Source: the human T2T-CHM13v2.0 reference genome, Homo sapiens
NCBI RefSeq assembly: GCF_009914755.1
Contig: NC_060929.1
Length of the DNA stretch: 64,000 nt
Reading direction: 5' to 3' (one strand)
The notes beneath the pieces are model-generated. The model saw nothing but the letters and a program-made list of their open reading frames with translations, was not told the DNA's origin and ran no database searches. Positions 58,701 to 64,000 of the stretch are shown here, in pieces. The position numbers were made by a program, and so were the translations under genes. The stretch's first letter is position 1, and every line of letters starts with the position of its first letter.

Positions 58701-59873
58701 CACTTAGTTTTTTAGTTTAACTTTTTTGTTTAAAATAATTTTACAGATACTGATTATAGTTAAATCCTTCAGGTCTCTGAAAAAGAATTTTTTGTCTCAA
58801 ATTTAAACCTGAATTAGTTTATGTTAGAAAAACAATTAAAAATGTGTTGTTGCTGCTATGTTCTGAATTGTGTCGTCCCAAAATTCATGTTTTGAACCAA
58901 GGCCTGGGCACCTCCTCACTCCACCCAGAGGGTTGGGAGGGTAGAACATCAAACCAAAGAGGTTTATTCTCCAGCCTTAAGGCCTAATGCAATTTGCTTT
59001 GCTAGGTTTTCAGCTTCCTTGACCCATCATCACTCCCTTATTTTTTGTTTTTCCATTTTGGAATGGGAACGTCTATCCTGTGTCTGTCCCACCATAAGCA
59101 CGTAACTTACCTGGTTTCATAGGTTTACAGCTGGAAAGGAATTTTGCCTCAAGTCTCGTATGTCATATGTAGATGATATTTGGATGATACTGGGTTTACA
59201 ACATTAGAGTTGATGTGGAAATGAGTTAAGACTTCAGGGGCTGTTGGGATAGAATATATGTGTGTATTTTACATGTAAGAATGATGTGAATTTTGGGTTG
59301 CTGGGGTGGAATGCTAATGGACCATATTGAATCTCCCTAAAATTCATATGTTGAAGTCCTAACTACCAGTGTGATGGTATTTGAAGATGGAAATAATTAG
59401 GCTTGAGAGTGGGATTGTCATAATGAGATTAGTTCCCTTATAAGAAGAGGAAAAGAAACAGATCTTTCTCTAAGAGCATGCACTGAGGAGGGGCCATATG
59501 AGCACACAGTGAGAAAGCAGCTGTCTGCAAGCCAGGAAGCAGGTCCTCACTAGTTACCAAATCTTCTGGCACCTTGATCTTGGACTTCCCAGCCCCCAGA
59601 CCTGTGAGAAATAAATTTCTGTTGTTTAAGCCACTCAGCCTTACGGTATTTTATAGCCTGAGCAAGCTACGACTATTGCCGATCCTGGTATTTCTATAAC
59701 TTTTTAAATTGTCATATTCAAGCTGATTTCTAGTGCTTGTTTTCGGATATAGATTCACAGCTAGGAAGGACAGTGAGACTTGTGAAATATCTGAAAATTT
59801 TCTTTTTCATGTAATACTTGGGTTGGGTTAAAAGATAAACACATGGACAATCTGAGTTTCTGATATGTATTAA

Positions 59874-60179
<306 letters not shown>

Positions 60180-61842
60180 TGAACCATGCATTGTGAAAGG
60201 TGCTAGAAACATACAAAGAAGTTTGACACGTGGCCTCTGCCTTAAGTTGCCGATATTGAAGAATGTATTAATCAAATAAAGACATGATGTTCCCTCATTT
60301 TTTTGTCCTGCTTAGTGTTTCTTCCCAGTGCTAAGGATCTGAAATCATACTACCACTTTGTTTTTTGAGTGTTACCCTGACTGGAACATAAGCTGTACAG
60401 GAACTTGCTTTGTTCACAGCAGTATCCCCAGTAGCTAGAAGAGTGCCTCATTGTAAATACACAACACATATTTATGGAATATTGTGTATGAATGCTGGTG
60501 AAGGATTAGAATTTTATAATTAAGGTATTTGTGGAGTATTTTGGGTTGAGATGACTTGTAAGTGTTACCATGATGTGAGAGGAGCGGAATTAGAAATGGG
60601 AAATCTAGTGTGAATGATACTCCAGTGGCTTCACCACCACTGCTCCCATCTTTTAAATTTAGGCAATAAGGTTTTATTAATAATTCATCCTGCAGATAGT
60701 TGCCATAACAAACCGGGCCCTTTTCATACTGCAATAAAATGTCAAAGTCTCATGCATCAAGTGATCAGGAAGGAAACCCATCCCAGGTAAAGTGTATTGC
60801 CTGTTTCTTGAGAAGTTTTGTTTTTACCCCTTGCTGCATTTTGCTTCTTTAACTTGAGGGCATCTTGGTCCAAAATAGGAATAAAAGGTAAATAAATATA
60901 ATTGTGATAGGATTTCTTATAGAAGTGATTCAAAAAAATCCTGCGGCCAAAAATAAGTTACGAAACAAAGTTTTCATTGTCTTGAGTTTACTGCCAACTT
61001 GCCTTAGTTTTTTCAGTGAAGTGCCTCACTTCTAGGCATTGATTTTTTTTTTCTTCCATCACAGTAGAAGTAATTTAAGGGAAATCTATTTTGTGAATTT
61101 TGAAATTCTAGAATCAGTTTTTTCTTTTTCCCCAGCATATAGTTCTAGGACCTTTTCTTTCATGGGTTAGTTTTGGGGTGGTGGAGGGATATGTTGGGAA
61201 AATACTAGGTGACTAGCTTTAGTTATATAATTTGAATATTTAATGTTAAAACTATTTCCACATATTTATATATTTTTAAAATTTTTATTTTTTTTGCCCT
61301 CACATCTTGCAAAGGAACATATATATTTTTAAATATAAAAAAATTTTAAGTAAGATAAATCTGCCATTTCAAAGCTCTTCTTATGACCTGAAATTATATA
61401 TGTAACTTTGGTTTTTTTTTAGTGTTGCTGTCCTCTTTGTTAGCACAAAGAGTGCAAAAGTCTGTCAAATGACTGTTTATGATAGTTGATAGCACTGAGG
61501 ATTTATTTGAAAGGACTCATCAAAAGATGATTTGGGGTTTTTTTTTTTTAGCCCTCTCTTTCTCTCATAGAGATGATAAATGATTGTTGGGAAAGGAAAA
61601 AGAGAACAACCTAAAAATGGATAACTTAATCTGCTGCCTATTTGAGGCTTCTCTTGTAGATGCAGGCAGACATTAACCTCTTGATTATCTTTGGCAGCAG
61701 AAGGCCATCTAGTGGTAACTTCTGTCTAAAGACTGCTGGAAGTTTGCTGTGGATTAATGGGTACTTTTGTTGCACCATACAGTCTATTTGGTTTCATTGT
61801 AATGATTCTTTTAGCTGACTCTTGTGATGTTTGTCTTTTTAA

Positions 61843-62115
<273 letters not shown>

Positions 62116-62388
62116 TAACATAATTTGAGTCACTATAAATGTGTATATTATGACTTTAGGTTATAATTTTTAAAAATTGTTAAATGAAAGTTGATAATTG
62201 CTTTTGGCCTGATTTAACAGGTTTTTAAATAAAATTATTGAATTTGTAATTTTAACTACATAATAGATCTAAGATTTCATTTTGTAATCTAGACATTATA
62301 AAATGCATGATTGATATTGATTTTGATATTGAATAGGGGCTGAGATTATAAGGAATTTTAGTTAAAAGACTAAATTTCTAGAAAGCAT

Positions 62389-62762
62389 TTGTATTAGTCC
62401 ATTTTCATGCTGCTAATAGACATACTCAAGACTGGGTAATTTATGAAGAAAAAGAGGTTTAATGAACTCACAGTTCCACGTGGCTGGGGAAGCCTCACAA
62501 TCATGGCGGAAGGTGAAGGAGGAGCAAAGTCATATCTTACATGGCGGCAGGCAAGAGAGAATGAGAGCCAAATGAAAGGGGAAACCCCTTATAAAACTAT
62601 CGGATCTTATGAGACTTTATTCACTACTGTGAGAACAGTATGGGGGAAACTGCCCCCATGATTCAGTTATCTCCCACTGGGTCCTTTCCACAACATGTGG
62701 GAATTATGGGAGCTACAATTTAAGATGAGATTTGGGTGAGGACACAGCCAAATCATATCAGC
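62389..62762 (-). mobile_element. THE1/MST-type MaLR (ERVL-MaLR) solo LTR, ~375 bp, minus orientation, ~290 bp downstream of the SMAD5 exon 6 donor
   Basis: The + strand reads the reverse complement of the THE1 LTR consensus: tgtattagtccattttcatgctgctaatagacatactcaagactgggtaatttatgaagaaaaagaggtttaatgaactcacagttccacgtggctggggaagcctcacaatcatggcggaaggtgaaggaggagcaaagtcatatcttacatggcggcaggcaagagagaatgagagccaaatgaaaggggaaaccccttataaaactatc.gatcttatgagactttattcactactgtgagaacagtatgggggaaactgcccccatgattcagttatctcccactgggtcctttccacaacatgtgggaattatgggagctacaatttaagatgagatttgggtgaggacacagccaaatcatatca. Confidence 0.85.
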
Positions 62763-63060
62763 ATTTAATATTAAAATTGCTATTTGAGTCTCTTAACTTC
62801 AACAGTTTTGATTATTATTACTAGATTTCATTAGGGTGACTTGGCAGAATTCTTTAGAATACTAAAATTATTTCATTCCTAGCTAAGTACTGTTATTAAA
62901 AGTAATGGCAGAAGCCACAATTACTTTTCCACCAACCTTAATATTAAGGATTTGCAAAGTTCAAAGGAACTTTTCAAGTTTTTCATCTACTCTCTTCACC
63001 TGACTGTATTGACATTCCAAAGATTTGTGCTTAAAATCTGAAAAGAATTTTAGTCATGTA

Positions 63061-63118
63061 TTTAAGCAATCTGTACTGTATCTACATATTTAAGCAATCT
63101 GTACTGTATCTACATGGT
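63061..63118. repeat. Tandem duplication of a 29-bp unit (2 copies)
   Basis: atttaagcaatctgtactgtatctacat atttaagcaatctgtactgtatctacat. Confidence 0.9.
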
Positions 63119-63584
63119 TCTTAAGAATTTAGCACAAGAAGAGCACCTGTCACACGCTGTGCATGGGTTTTTTTCTTTTTGGTATTCAGCCCCAGTCCAG
63201 TGTTTTCATGATACTTTGCTGTAGATCTATTGTATACATCAGTTTACTGGTTACCCTGAAGGTATTTCTGCCTTCTTGTACAGTAATGTGACTTTTGCAT
63301 ATTTATTTTAATCTCCACTCCCCAATGTTCTTCACTCCCCTGACCGCCCTCCCTCCCCAACCCAGTTTTCCTGGGCCAAGACTACCATAAGCAGTAAACC
63401 AGAGAACCTGATAAATCCAGGAAAATAAAAGTGAAAAATTTCTATTTCAATTTTTATCTGCAGTTTTAGGCTAAAGATTTCAGCTCAGTTCATCCCAGTA
63501 ATTTCCAACCTTAAAGGATAATCACTATGTGACTGCCACATTAAATTATACATGCATGTATTGATCAATATCTACAATGCCTTA

Positions 63585-63950
<366 letters not shown>

Positions 63951-64000
63951 AGAAACTCTGACATGTGACATGATCTTACATGAGGCTATTTATGATTTTG

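Overview
This window is human (primate) genomic DNA covering the 5' part of the SMAD5 locus on chromosome 5q31. The identification rests on exact agreement between five spliced coding segments (all on the + strand, with canonical AG/GT boundaries and consistent reading phase) and residues 1-418 of the 465-aa SMAD5 protein as I recall it. Layout: about 20 kb of upstream/intergenic DNA dense with ancient repeats; a ~1.5 kb CpG island at ~20.06-21.56 kb holding the non-coding first exon (donor GTGAGT at 20433); a ~20.6 kb intron 1; then the ATG-containing exon 2 (41060-41631, MH1 domain), exon 3 (48324-48575, linker), exon 4 (50740-50859, linker with the PPAY motif), exon 5 (59902-60123) and exon 6 (61844-62100, MH2 domain). 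The last coding exon, predicted to carry 47 aa plus the stop and the SSVS tail, is not in the window and must lie downstream of 64000. The rest is typical primate intronic and intergenic sequence: about 16 Alu elements on both strands (several with recognisable target-site duplications), antisense-oriented L1 fragments (one keeps an ORF2 remnant), L2/MIR relics, a THE1/MST-type MaLR solo LTR ~290 bp past exon 6, a MITE-like DNA transposon, microsatellites and homopolymers. I see no prokaryotic-type features (CRISPR, operons, tRNA or rRNA genes) and no support for a new protein-coding gene. The points I consider most worth follow-up are: a 39-codon upstream ORF plus weak Kozak context in the SMAD5 leader; a candidate alternative 5' exon and a G14 tract inside the CpG island; a 56-bp near-identical direct repeat flanking a 1.33 kb segment in intron 1; a ~191 bp tandem duplication; and an inverted Alu pair and inverted Alus across exons 3-4, which could support A-to-I editing or circRNA formation. 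None of the gene annotation could be checked against a database here; it is from memory of the SMAD5 protein sequence.
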